Shown: piece by piece, positions 24,881 to 39,399 of the stretch
How the letters are laid out: each line of letters begins with the position of its first letter
Numbering within the stretch: the stretch's first letter is position 1
Origin: Anthoceros angustus
Taxonomy: Eukaryota > Plantae > Anthocerotophyta
Length of the DNA stretch: 64,000 bases
Direction of reading: 5' to 3'
Assembly: GCA_010909165.1 (NCBI GenBank)
Contig: VJWM01000044.1
Coordinates: 372,001 to 436,000 of the forward strand
Translations under genes and position numbers: made by a program
The notes under the pieces: generated by a model
What the model was told of the DNA's origin: nothing
The model's database searches: none
What the model saw: the letters and a program-made list of their open reading frames with translations, nothing else

Positions 24881-26638
24881 TCAGGCTGCCGAACCGGCAG
24901 CAAGGTGTGCCAAGAGTCCAACCATGCCAGCGTTGATGTAAGTGGTGGGCTCGGCCTGCCCGTAGTTGCTGCGGTCGTCGGCATAAGCATCGGCCTCGTC
25001 GGGTCCTCCCACGATGCCTCCCGTCAGCTGGTTGGGGTCGGAAGTGCTGGCCTTGTAGTAGGCGAAGCTGTCAGAGCAGTCGATCTCGGCGGGTGAGCCT
25101 TGATGCACGGCACCGACGCCGCGCGATGGTGAATCCGCTGGGGAAGCTCGTCCTGAATCCCACCATGTACGACATGCTATGAGGATTGTCTCCCAGGATG
25201 TAGTCCACCTGCAACAGGCAATTGATCGCTCTCAGCCTTCAGCCAGCAAAACAAATAAGATCCTTCACTGCAGTAGGAGCGAAACATCATCTGCAGGAAA
25301 CACTGGCACTAGTACCTGGGTTTTGGCATGGGCATAGAGCTGGGCAGGAGTGATGGCCGTGGTGCCACAAGTGACAGTCTGTTGAGCTGCCTCCAGGTAC
25401 TTGGCGTAGACAAGGAGAAGGAAGGAAGATGCAGTCACGTACTGCAGATTGCTGCCTGTCAAGAAATAGAAGAGCCCGCCTGCAGTAGGCATACCAGCGA
25501 GATTTCATTCTCAATGCAATCACTTGCAATCGATAGTGCAGAAAAATCATTCAATTCGTATACAAATCAAGGACCAATGGATGTTCCACTGCATTTGCTT
25601 ACCAGGAGTGTACTTGGCTGCAGAGACGCCTGGCATAATACCGCACACGAATGCATCCGCTTGCTGCTTGTAGCCCTGAAGGTCGTCGGCCTTGCCAGCA
25701 AAGAAGAACTGGGAAGCCAGAACCTGAGCGCCCGCGTATTTGTTGTCCCAGCTGAGTGTGGGCGCGGAGGTGGTGGCTCCACCCAGCTCCTCGCCGTTGT
25801 GCACAAGATACTGCAGATACTTGTCATCCCTGGATGCCTTGAAGAGCCAGGCTGCTCCCCACAGCAGCTCATCCTTGAATCCCGAGTAGGAGCAGTAGAA
25901 GGGGCACACTTGCGCCTTCAGGGGCCCGTCGCTGTAGGCCGCTCTGTACTGGTCCGCAAACGAGAAGAGCTCAGTAGCGCTGGCCAGAAGCGTTGCAGAA
26001 TACTGGGCATCAGTGGCCTGGAACACAATGGACGCAGCGGCCAGCGCGGCAGCCGTTTCCGCAGCAACGTCTGACCCTGGATTGGTTGCATCAATCTTGT
26101 ATGCAGTGCGGTCTGTGTGCATGTCCTCCGGCCTCTGCCAGCATGCGTGATCCTTGGTCGGGTCCGCCACCTGAACGTACAGCTCGGTTGGTCCCGTGTG
26201 AGCCTTGAGCAGGTAATCCGTGCCCCAACGAATAGCGTTCTGTGCGTTGGTCATCTCTCCCGCTGCACTCAGCTCTTTCCCCTTTTCGATCACCGTCCAC
26301 GATAGCAGCGTGATGGTGAAGGCCATGGGCAGGCCGAACTTGACATTGTCGCCAGCGTCGTAGTACCCTCCCACCAAATCGACAGTGGCGGAGGAGCCGT
26401 CAGTCAAGCCGGAATCCCCCCTCCACGTCAGTCTCTGGGATGTGGGCAGCGGCCCAGATCGCTGTCCCTCGTAGAACAGGATGGCCTTTGACAGGGCCTC
26501 CGTGTACTCAGCCGCACCGAAGCTTCTTGCACCAGCATTGCAACCAATGGGTGCCCAAGCAAGCGAAGTGACGCACACCCACAAGCCCAATGCTGCAGCA
26601 GCAGCTGCCATTGTGCCAAAGCTGGAACTTGTGCCCAT
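24881..26638 (-). CDS. GH9B endoglucanase, tandem copy 4 (exon 1 intact; 1-bp homopolymer losses in exon 3)
   Basis: The 363-aa ORF 25547-26638 runs from the signal peptide to KYTPG. Exon 2 lies in 25265-25492. Exon 3 ends [10 protein letters not shown]. Confidence 0.95.
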
Positions 26639-27899
26639 TCCTAGACGCTACAAAGCTGCTGCTGCTACTGCTGCTGCGGATCGCGACCAGCTCTGAGTTC
26701 AGGAAGGAGCGGTGAGCAGAATGCAATGCCAGGAACGTGGTGGAGGGTGCCATTTAAGACAGATCCAGGGGGGAAATGCGGCTGATGAAGGCAACGAATG
26801 CGCCTGCTGTTCGCCTCGGTGCTCAGGACTGCAATCCGAGCCACAGTTCACGGCGCCCGCTCTCGACCGTGAAAGCTGCTGGTGTGTCCGTTCATCGGGT
26901 AAAACGGTTGCGGCAGTTGCGGGGATCAAACTGCTTTCCACAACCTCTGCTTTTACAGCACCGAAGGCCGCTGATCTTAGATTCAGGCTGCCCGTTTTCA
27001 TAAGCATCGGACCGGACAAATCGGAGTCCACGTTCTCCAGACAACCTTGCCGCTTGCCTTCTCCAACGCCGTGATTAAGCATCCTGAGCTTGGATCTGTA
27101 CTTAGATGGGGTGCCTAAAGGGAGTGGATGCCCTTGGTGCAAATACTTAGGCACACCATGGTACAAGTTGTTAAGTACCTAGTCCCATCACGGAAATCCG
27201 TCCTTAGTGGACTTAAATAAATTTTTTCTTCTTCTTGTTCTCATTCATATTCATTTTTATCGATAATGATGATAAAATTCTTCTTCTTCATTCTCATTCA
27301 TATTCATTTTTATCGACAATGATGATGTACATTTCTCATTATATTAAAATGCCTGTGCCCAACCTTTTCAAGTGGCACAACGTAATTCTCGGGCCCTCAT
27401 CGCCCGCAGATCTCTGGATCGAACCCAGGCTCTGTCCAGATTATTTTCATGAAACAACATGTACAGCCTTTTTACCTTTACAAAACACTGACTCTCGTGC
27501 TTCGAGCTCTCTCTCGAGCCAAACAGTAAGCTCTGCAAAACCAGAAGTACAGACACTTACTGCTGATCAAGTTTTAGCCTAGGTACAATTCCCAGTTGTC
27601 GGCAGAATATTGATTTTGCTGAATTTCAAGCCAGATTGCCTTCTCGGAATCCACACAGACTTGGTCACCAAGAGGATGGTTAAAGCTGGATTTGAGTGTT
27701 TTTGATGAGGGACTTAGGAACCTCACCTTCTAAAGTTCCAGAGAAAACTAATGCTGAAATGCTTGTGATATGTATGTCTGAGTTGAAAAGGATGAAAAGA
27801 CCTGTCTGTTGGGGTAGGAGACCGGATCCTGCCAACCCTCGCAGAAGACAGGATCTTTGGCTTGTTTTCGTTACGGACTTGGAGAGCAAACGTGCTGAG

Positions 27900-28810
27900 A
27901 CTGTGCATGCATCTGACAATTCGCCAAATTTGGCATATGTGACCAGCAGGCAAAGTATTCCTCAGTGTATATTGTCTGGTTAGAGTCCTGTTTCCACAAT
28001 CTGTGAGACTGTGCATCTGCTTGCCCTCCTGTAAGGCACCAGCACTTGCACAAGCCTTCGTAGTGGATAAGGGTTCAGTTAGCGGGATCCAGAAAAATGT
28101 TCTCCGCAAAGACTCCTTCTTCCCCTTTTGCCATGCAGCAGTGCATCTGTTGATGAGGACTCACGCAAGACTGCATGCCGCTAAAAAGAAAGTAACTGTA
28201 GCATACCGGTGCGACTAGCATCTCCACAAAACAGACCAGTGCGTTGTGACCTTCGTCACAAATACCACCCAGCTTTCAGGGAATTCCATGTCACCAGGTC
28301 TTTGCTGTCGACAACGCAGCGTGCATCGTCCAGTTCGTCCCAATCTTCGTAATCCTCTAACCAGGTAAGTGCCCACAGGTGTGTCATCTCCTCTCTTTCC
28401 ACAACCTGTGTGGGTGCATCTGTTTGCTCTGTGCATGTGTGAGGCACAAGCACTCTGCACACGCCGTCAGAAGGCAAGCCAAAGTAACCTTGTCAGCCAC
28501 AATCAGGCCCTCCTGCTCCATTTGTCCGTACAGCACAAGCGCCTCTTCGCTGAGCCCATGGATTGCATACCCATCTATGTGAGTGGTGTCCATGTTTCCA
28601 CATTCTTGCGGCCAAGCTGTCAAACATCCGGCATGCATCTTCTTGCAGTTCGCCACATTAGGCATATATGACCACAAGGCAAAATATTACCAACAAGTAT
28701 GTTGTCTTTTTACAGTCCTCTTTCCACATTCTGCGAGACTATGCAGCTTGCTGCCCCCTCTGTAAGGCACCAGCGCTTGCAGAGGCCTTCATATTGCATG
28801 AGGATCCACT
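27900..28810 (-). pseudogene. Decayed PLS-class PPR fragment
   Basis: ACASAGALQEGKQMH, GYAIHGLSEEALVLYGQMEQEGLIVADKVTLACLLTAC, ELDDARCVVDSKDLVTWNSL. Confidence 0.8.
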
Positions 28811-29242
28811 TACTAGTCGAGCGGGATTTTGAAAGTGAGCTGCTAGCGCCTGGACACTTTACATGTGCCAGATGGTGAAGTCTTAGAACATTTTCTTTCT
28901 ACATCTATATCCATGACAATCATTTATGGTAGTTCCGGACTCTTCACACGTGAAAGTGGACCTTGTCCACATGCACAGCTACATGTATTGTGGCAGTGGA
29001 CCAGGCATATTGAGAGAAAAATTATCAATGCCAAGAATGAACTGGGACAAGCGAAGAATTGCCAAGAATGAGTTTGTAAGCTCAGGCAGCCCAGGGAGCC
29101 AACCTTTACCCTAATGGTGTAGGTCTCCCTCCCGGCCACAGCGCTGCTTATCTAATGCTGCTGGATCACAATACTACACTGCTACGATATGATACAAGCT
29201 TGGGCTTGGGTGTTGTCCAGTCCGCAGTTTGAATCTTGAGCT

Positions 29243-31008
29243 TCAGGCTGCCGAACCGGCAGCAAGGTGTGCCAAGAGTCCAACCATGCCAGCGTTGATG
29301 TAAGTGGTGGGCTCGGCCTGCCCGTAGTTGCTGCGGTCGTCGGCATAAGCATCGGCCTCGTCGGGTCCTCCCACGATGCCTCCCGTCAGCTGGTTGGGGT
29401 CGGAAGTGCTGGCCTTGTAGTAGGCGAAGCTGTCAGAGCAGTCGATCTCGGCGGGGTGAGCCTTGATGCACGGCACCGACGCCGCGCGATGGTGAATCCG
29501 CTGGGGAAGCTCGTCCTGAATCCCACCATGTACGACATGCTATGAGGATTGTCTCCCAGGATGTAGTCCACCTGCAACAGGCAATTGATCGCTCTCAGCC
29601 TTCAGCCAGCAAAACAAATAAGATCCTTCACTGCAGTAGGAGCGAAACATCATCTGCAGGAAACACTGGCACTAGTACCTGGGTTTTGGCATGGGCATAG
29701 AGCTGGGCAGGAGTGATGGCCGTGGTGCCACAAGTGACAGTCTGTTGAGCTGCCTCCAGGTACTTGGCGTAGACAAGGAGAAGGAAGGAAGATGCAGTCA
29801 CGTACTGCAGATTGCTGCCTGTCAAGAAATAGAAGAGCCCGCCTGCAGTAGGCATACCAGCGAGATTTCATTCTCAATGCAATCACTTGCAATCGATAGT
29901 GCAGAAAAATCATTCAATTCGTATACAAATCAAGGACCAATGGATGTTCCACTGCATTTGCTTACCAGGAGTGTACTTGGCTGCAGAGACGCCTGGCATA
30001 ATACCGCACACGAATGCATCCGCTTGCTGCTTGTAGCCCTGAAGGTCGTCGGCCTTGCCAGCAAAGAAGAACTGGGAAGCCAGAACCTGAGCGCCCGCGT
30101 ATTTGTTGTCCCAGCTGAGTGTGGGCGCGGAGGTGGTGGCTCCACCCAGCTCCTCGCCGTTGTGCACAAGATACTGCAGATACTTGTCATCCCTGGATGC
30201 CTTGAAGAGCCAGGCTGCTCCCCACAGCAGCTCATCCTTGAATCCCGAGTAGGAGCAGTAGAAGGGCACACTTGCGCCTTCAGGGCCCGTCGCTGTAGGC
30301 CGCTCTGTACTGGTCCGCAAACGAGAAGAGCTCAGTAGCGCTGGCCAGAAGCGTTGCAGAATACTGGGCATCAGTGGCCTGGAACACAATGGACGCAGCG
30401 GCCAGCGCGGCAGCCGTTTCCGCAGCAACGTCTGACCCTGGATTGGTTGCATCAATCTTGTATGCAGTGCGGTCTGTGTGCATGTCCTCCGGCCTCTGCC
30501 AGCATGCGTGATCCTTGGTCGGGTCCGCCACCTGAACGTACAGCTCGGTTGCTCCCGTGTGAGCTTTGAGCAAGTAATCAGTCCCCCAACGAATAGCATC
30601 CTGTGCATGGGTCATCTCCCCGGCTGCACTCAGCTCCTTGCCCTTTTCGATCACCGTCCACGATAGCAGCGTGATGGTGAAGGCCATGGGCAGGCCGAAC
30701 TTGACATTGTCGCCAGCGTCGTAGTACCCTCCCACCAAATCGACAGTGGAGGAGGAGCCGTCAGTCAATCCAGAATCCCCCCTCCACGTCAATCTCTGGG
30801 ATGTGGGCAGCGGCCCAGATCGCTGCCCCTCGTAGAAGAGAATGGCCTTGGACAGGGCGTCGCTGTACTCAGCTGCCCCGAAGCCTCCTGCACCAGCACC
30901 AGCACTGCAGCCCGGCGCCGGCGCCCAAGCAAGGCATGCCACACAGAGCCACACGCCCCATGCTGCAGCCGCCATCGTGCTTGTGCGTCCCCAGGTTGTC
31001 GAGGCCAT
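29243..31008 (-). CDS. GH9B endoglucanase, tandem copy 5
   Basis: ORFs 30280-31008, 29910-30608, 29628-29855 and 29243-29476. It has a distinct signal peptide, [26 protein letters not shown]-like TATATAAT on the minus strand near 31131-31138. Confidence 0.93.
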
Positions 31009-31054
31009 GCTTCAGTGCTGCGCAGCTGCGTGTGCTGAGCGGCAAGGCGACGGT

Positions 31055-31087
31055 GAAGGAGAAGGAGAAGGAGAAGGAGAAGGAGAG
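31055..31087. repeat. (GAAGGA)n microsatellite in the putative 5' UTR of GH9 copy 5
   Basis: About five hexamer units, gaaggagaaggagaaggagaaggagaaggaga. Confidence 0.85.
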
Positions 31088-33355
31088 CTCACGAACAGAA
31101 TGCGTTGCCTCAAACATGGTGCAGGGCGGCATTATATACAGGTGCAGTGACACATGAGCTTGATGATCGCAGCTTCGAATGCGCCTCCAATTCGCCTCGG
31201 TGCTCTCCTGGAGGCTGCCAAATTTCGCGCCGGCCGCTTCCTGGAGTGAGCCCTGGTTGTGTATGTTGGACGGGTAAAGCGGTTGCGGCAGTTGCGGGGA
31301 CTAACCTGGCGCCGTCAAAGGCCGCTGATCAGAGATTCACGGCACGCCGCCTTCACGGACATGGGACAACTCAATCCACATATGTATGTACATTGCAACT
31401 TCCAGGCGTTGTGTAGTACGTAGTGAGAGGTATACAACGCCTGCAAGTTACCTTTACCAGTGGAGCCAATCCTCGGTTGTTAGAATCCTTGTTCTTTTAG
31501 AATTATTGAATTTGAGTTCCTATGCCAATCTATAAGCACTTTATTATGGGATGTGAAAAGAGTGCATTTCTAACACTTCGGAGTCCAAAACACCTTTTAA
31601 GAGTCCTATACTCCACCACAAACCCCTTGCATCAATCAACTTGTGTTCCTCATAATACACTTTAACCCCTAAACGATGAATTGACTCATTTTTAGTCTTT
31701 TGATCCACAACTGTGCGAGTGTGTTTTTGTAGTTGGGCCACACCCTATGTTGATCGAATATTGCTCCGACTAAGAGCTTTCCATTGCTTCATTGCACAGA
31801 ATCAGTCCTTCCCATTGTGATCAGGAGATAGCTCCAAGATGTTGGATTCTTGGAGATGCTCTCCAATCTTGAGGTGATGAACTTTAGTGAGTTAGGCCAT
31901 TGCTCGTTTTGGCTATACGTACCGCTTGGTTTCCCTTGTGTGTATGGCCGTTGCAGAGGGCTTCTTTGCTGGTGCCATGGGCACTAGCGTGAGTGGGCAG
32001 TAGGCAAACAGCCATATACAATGCCTAGTTTTTGCAGCCCTTCGCTTCATTCTCCTGGTTGCCACAGAAGCTGCGACCAGGGGAGGAGGCCACTTTGGCA
32101 AATTACAGTATTTACGTGTTATGTCAATTGCTTGATGTAAGTGGCTGGCAAACATGTAGGCCACCTCCCTGCACAAGTGCTCAAGTTTCTGTTAAAAGAA
32201 TTTGCTCAGATGTGTGCAAAGTGCCTAAAGATTCCCCTCCTTCTCACCATCTTTGCTAGTTTGAAATTGCCTTTGCATTTACTCTACGAAAACAATGGCT
32301 ACCCAATTTTCAACTACCATAGATGGCAGCACGGAAGCAAGGCTGCTAGTGATTGTCATGATTCTGGAAAAAATAAGGAAAATTGCAAACTTCCAGTATG
32401 ATATATTTGATGTATGTGTGTAGGAAAATAGGGAAAACCGTTTTAATGAGCCATGCTTACCTATTTATTTATATAGATTACGTGCACCAGCCATGCTTGT
32501 TTATTTGTTATATAGATTTCGTGCAAGGGACCAAAGCCCATGGAAGAGAGATCGAGCCGAGGTCCGTGATAACGGAACAAGTACCTAGTGGGCACTCATA
32601 AAAACAAGGATCCCCGGTTCCTCGGGTGAGACATTTAGCGTGAAACTATGTCCTGAAGTCGTGGACTACGGACATTTATGGAGGGTCGAGAGGAGTGTGT
32701 TGTATTTCTCGATGGCCATATTCGCGCCGACGTCATTATGTGCGCCAAGAGCACTCCGGTGCTTTAGTCGTGGGCAGTGCACCTAGAGGAACCGGAAAAA
32801 CGGTTGCAAGGTTCAAGCCTCCAACCGAGCGTGTTCACACTTCACAGGAAGCGGACATCGGCCGCAAGGGAGGGCATTAAACAGCCTGCTGCAACACCCT
32901 TTTCCTTTTGTGTAACCAAGCATAAAAAGAGGATGTCAGAAGTTCAGCAGAAAGCGTCACGAGCTCCCACGATCTAGGACAGTGGCCCATCCGATTGGTC
33001 ACGGATGGAACGTGTGAACGGTGCTGGTCCTTGCCTTCAAGTATGATGGGTGACTTATCAATGGATGATTCTTGTAGCAGGCATGAGTTGAGTGAGCAGG
33101 ACTCATCACGCACAGCCCCGTCTGACAGTGTGCCTAATGGCCTGCTCTGTCCGGGCTTGAGATTCACAAGTGCTCGGCTTGAAATCGAGTCGTGAATTCA
33201 TGGATCGACGTGGTAGGTAGCTCCTGCTGTGCTCAAGGCACTGCTGAAATCAGCTTTTGAGGTGACGCTTGCTGATACTGCAGGCTTGATCGACTCTCCT
33301 GTTTAGAATAAGGGAGGGGATCACCGAGAATCCACAAGGTGTTGAGGAACTGTAG

Positions 33356-35545
<2,190 letters not shown>

Positions 35546-35752
35546 GCTATGGCAGCAAGCATCACTCACCTCCCTACCTATGGACTCCGCACTGCTTCCG
35601 AGCATCGCCACGATAATGATGACACCGTGGTGCGCGGTTCCGCGATTCCACACGCTTGCATTCGCACAGACTCAATTCTTCCCGTCCCCCGGTTCTGGCC
35701 CTGGCAGTCCTGCAATCCAGTCCCCGATCTGTGGCGATCCTAGGCCGAGGAC

Positions 35753-36250
35753 ATGGAATGCTGCATGTCGCGATTCGTGAAGATGTGGCGAGCGAGGGAG
35801 GCAGCTCATGAGCCGCCGCGCCAGCTGGTGGTGACCGTCCTGGGACAAAGCGGCCGCGCGGTGGAGTTCCCGCGGAGAGTGAGATGCAGCGAGCTGCTGC
35901 TGGCATACCCGTCTCACACCGTGTTGCATGCCGCCGCTGTGGTGCTGAGGAGGCCCGGCAGGAGACTTCCCCGTGACGCTTTCTTGGAGGTCGGCCACAC
36001 GTACCTGCTGGCGGCCAAGCCAAGCGCTCAGTCTCCCGTCCAGTTTGTCATCTCCAAGGAGCACGCTGCCAGAATCATGCGGGAAGCTGAAGCAGCTGCA
36101 ACACCTGCTGCTTCTGTCGCTCCTGGTGCAGGCCATTCCCCTGCCCCTGTGCCTTTAAGGCAGCCTCGAAAGGCCTCCTCCTTGAAGCGGGAAAGGTTGC
36201 AACCCTGGGTATCCAAACTCTCCCCCATTCCGGAGATCGCAGCTGTTTGA
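35753..36250 (+). CDS. PADRE/DUF4228-family protein
   Basis: V...SGRAVEF..RVRCSELLLAYPSH, LEVGHTYLL, FVISKE and a C-terminal W.SKLSPIPE motif; intronless, 165 aa. Confidence 0.8.
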   Translation: MECCMSRFVKMWRAREAAHEPPRQLVVTVLGQSGRAVEFPRRVRCSELLLAYPSHTVLHAAAVVLRRPGRRLPRDAFLEVGHTYLLAAKPSAQSPVQFVISKEHAARIMREAEAAATPAASVAPGAGHSPAPVPLRQPRKASSLKRERLQPWVSKLSPIPEIAAV

Positions 36251-36806
36251 AATCTGCTTGCTCTGCTTCCTTGCAATTGTAGCTTGCCTGTTACTTGTAT
36301 TGCCAGCACCAGCTACATTGTGGAAAAGATAACCATCGCATATCACTTTTCATTTGTACATCAAGCCTCGGGGCTCTCAGCCTCAGCAATTGGAGCTGCC
36401 GGCCGAGTCCCTCCTACACGCCAATGCCATCGCAGACTGTGATGAGATTCTTGATGAAGCGGCGAGCAAGGAATGGGGAGAGCAACGGAAGTTTGGTGAT
36501 AGTGCTGAATGCCATAGCCTTGCTTCACTCGAGGCCAGTGGGGAAGGAACGAATGCTGTTTCTTGTAAACTACATGTGTATGAAGAAATCAACACCAAAA
36601 TCTGCTGTTCCCACCAGTCCCTCGCTTTCCAACTACATTTCCAGAGCCAAAGTTTCTTGTTGCGGGAGCAGCACACTCAAGACGCAGGACAAGAGGCGAT
36701 TTCGACAAAGTCTCACACTCTGTCGAGCGCTAGCTAGCTAACACACGCACACAAAGCAAAGTATGCACAGTACTAGTATACGGGCCAAGCCACTCTTCAG
36801 CGTTAG

Positions 36807-37550
36807 CTACTGCTCAACAGTGGATTCCACAGCTGGGCTGGAACTTGTGACAGCCGATGTCGGCACGCCAGCATCGGCCAGATCCGCCTGAGAGAATCCG
36901 AAGTAGAGCGCGAGCAGGACGGAGGCAGCCACAGCCACGGGCAGGCCCCAGGACTCGCTGGTCTCCTTAGAGTTGAAGCCGCGCAGAGTGGCGAGCAGGA
37001 GGGAGAGGGAGAGCAGGGCGGAGGCAGCGCAGTAGGTGCAGGAAGCGCCTTCGAACTTGGCGACAACGATGTAGATGAAGTAGGCGCTGGCAGCAGACAT
37101 GGCGGTGGTGCAGGAGAGGAGGAGCCACTTGTAGTCCTGCTTGTTCACCAGGCCCAGCAGGGAGACAGCCCCGTAGAACGCCACTCCCAGCACGGAGATG
37201 GGGATGCCGTAGACGGCCGACAGATCTCCATTGAGCACGTCGGAGCAGCCGGGGCCGCCCAGGGGGCACGCAACTGCGCCCTGCGTGACCTTTGTCCAGG
37301 CCAGGAAACTGGATTCCGCCAGCCCCGCGGTTGCCAGGCCCGTGATGAGGGAGTAGGGCACGGGATTCTTCTCCGCAGCCGGGCTCTGGCTGCTCGCCCT
37401 GCAAACGAGCCCCTGCCCCCCACGTCTCTCAAGCCTGGCAGGAGAGAAATTCAGTGTCATCGGGCTCAGATGTAGAGGGACCAGTCCGGAAGGTAGCAGG
37501 AGAGGCCGGGAAGTGGAGTACACCGACGACATTGATGCCGCACTCGCCAT
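36807..37550 (-). CDS. Plastid VKOR-domain thiol oxidoreductase (LTO1-like) lacking the thioredoxin domain; intronless
   Basis: Ser-rich transit peptide (MASAASMSSV...VCRAS), loop cysteines CPLGGPGCSDVL, GIPIS, CTYC active site and hydrophobic helices. 247 aa from ATG 37550. Confidence 0.85.
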   Translation of the reverse strand: MASAASMSSVYSTSRPLLLPSGLVPLHLSPMTLNFSPARLERRGGQGLVCRASSQSPAAEKNPVPYSLITGLATAGLAESSFLAWTKVTQGAVACPLGGPGCSDVLNGDLSAVYGIPISVLGVAFYGAVSLLGLVNKQDYKWLLLSCTTAMSAASAYFIYIVVAKFEGASCTYCAASALLSLSLLLATLRGFNSKETSESWGLPVAVAASVLLALYFGFSQADLADAGVPTSAVTSSSPAVESTVEQ

Positions 37551-39399
37551 GATCTTTGGAGGCGAGGAGGAGCTGTGGCTTGCTGAATCAGATCGAAGAG
37601 GAGGAGGTAGGAGTTTGCAAGAGTTCCTGAACGATGTCCTGCATCTCCTGTAAGGCAGCCGGTGTAGAAATAGTGAGGTCGGCGTGCATCCATGGCACAG
37701 GTCTCGCTGATAGATCCCTCGAGATTTTCTCGATTGAGGAGCATCAAGGTTGGTTCCATGGGCGAGGCGCATCCTTTGCAAGTTGCACTTTGCTCTCATG
37801 AACCCGATGTCGAGGCTCGTACATTCCGGCTTGTTCTTGAAAAGTTGAAAAGCCTGCCCGGTGGGCATGTCCGCGGAGGGCATGCAAACAAGGGGAAACG
37901 AGTCCCGTCAGCCTTGCCTCGGCGGCAGTGCTTGGCAGCACGTTCCCGTGTCCCGAGGACTGGGTAATCCATGGCTAGTTCCAATGCAGCCGTCCTTGAG
38001 GAGGTGCCAATTATTTTTCAAGTATGGATTTTCCTAAGCTGTCCTTTACCGGGCAAGTCTTGAAGAGGCAGACCATGGTGCTTCTGGGAACCATCAGGCT
38101 GAGGGTGGGGTCGGTGGGGTTTCAGGGATGCTCAGGGCGCCAGTACCAAGGATGCAGAGGAGAGGGGCTATGGTGGTGGATTGGAATCACAGCACGAGCC
38201 CAATTCCCAGTATGCTAGGCACCAGGATTTTCCAAACTCGTATAAGCCATACTGTCAGGGGGCGGCCTGCCCTACGGCCACAAACCCCCCGCACAACGAG
38301 GAAAGTCCTGGTGGAAACGTTGCCAGTATAAGAATAAGAAGAAGAAGAATTTTTTTGAAGTCCATATAGGGTAAGAAAACAATCTAAGACACACTCCTAC
38401 GAAAAACTGAATGTAAACGCAGGGAATTTTCGTTCTCTCTCACCAGTCTAAAGTTTAAATTTGGCCAACTCTTTGCTGAAGATGCAAATATCATGGATTT
38501 TATTGTGAAATATAATTACTTAATAAATTTTACTAAATCAGTATTATAAAATATGTAAAATAAAATTTTTATATTAATAAAAATATCCAAATAAGTATGA
38601 CAAACTATGGCAGCTTAAAATTCTAGTATTCTATATGATATTTAAATATCCCATATCTCAACACATACCACATACACCATCAACTATACTTACTAGTCGT
38701 GCTATGCGCAATATGTAACCGACTTCGTCCCAACTTATTCCCCATTGGTTGCGCAATATCCAGTAGTCGATGCCAGTTTCAGACCTCATCCGATAACTAG
38801 CATAGCATGATCTAATGTTGGACCACAATTTGCGCCATTGAAGATCCCACTCTTATAACTCTTAAAATCTTAAACCACTACTTGCTATTGCAACCCCAAA
38901 TGGATGGACAAATACTTCTTACGCTAATGCGTCTGCATCAAATGCAGGCAAAGTTGTAGAGTTGCGATTTGGTACAATTGGTGTGAGCCAACCTGGTTAT
39001 TTCATGTCGCCCTTGTACATGGATAATCTGTTTCAAGAATGTTACCATAACCAGCCATATTGAACGTTACCATGACCAACCATATTTGGAGAGAAGTTGC
39101 ATCATTTTGAAATCTTGATATTATGCTCTCATACTATTATTGTTAGTATTTTTAATTTTGTTAGACATTTACGATGGCAGGAAACATTTTATTCATGCTC
39201 ACAATAGTTTTTACAATAGTAGCTAGTGCAACATGGATTATGTCTAGAGAGTTGACAGAAGAGGTGCCTACAAGTTGTTTTCAAATATGTCTTTTTATCT
39301 ATTTGAACATATTTGGAAAATCCTTTACCTCGTAGTAAAGACACAACAGGGGCTAGGCAAGATTCAGATGACGGGCAACCGGCTGGGGGGGAGAGTAGT

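Noticed and set aside
25328-26074. Long plus-strand ORFs antisense to GH9 copies (also 1742-2314, 8205-8864, 29691-30338)
   Set aside because: Shadow ORFs expected from GC3-rich coding sequence; no recognisable motifs and they cross introns.
31544-32400. Coding-like fragments between the divergent GH9 genes
   Set aside because: Short, stop-interrupted and with no motif I can recognise; cannot be called.
37551-37883. N-terminal 111-aa extension of the VKOR ORF (358 aa in the ORF track)
   Set aside because: The ATG at 37550 begins a typical MASAAS transit peptide; the upstream in-frame stretch has no recognisable features and is probably UTR or promoter.
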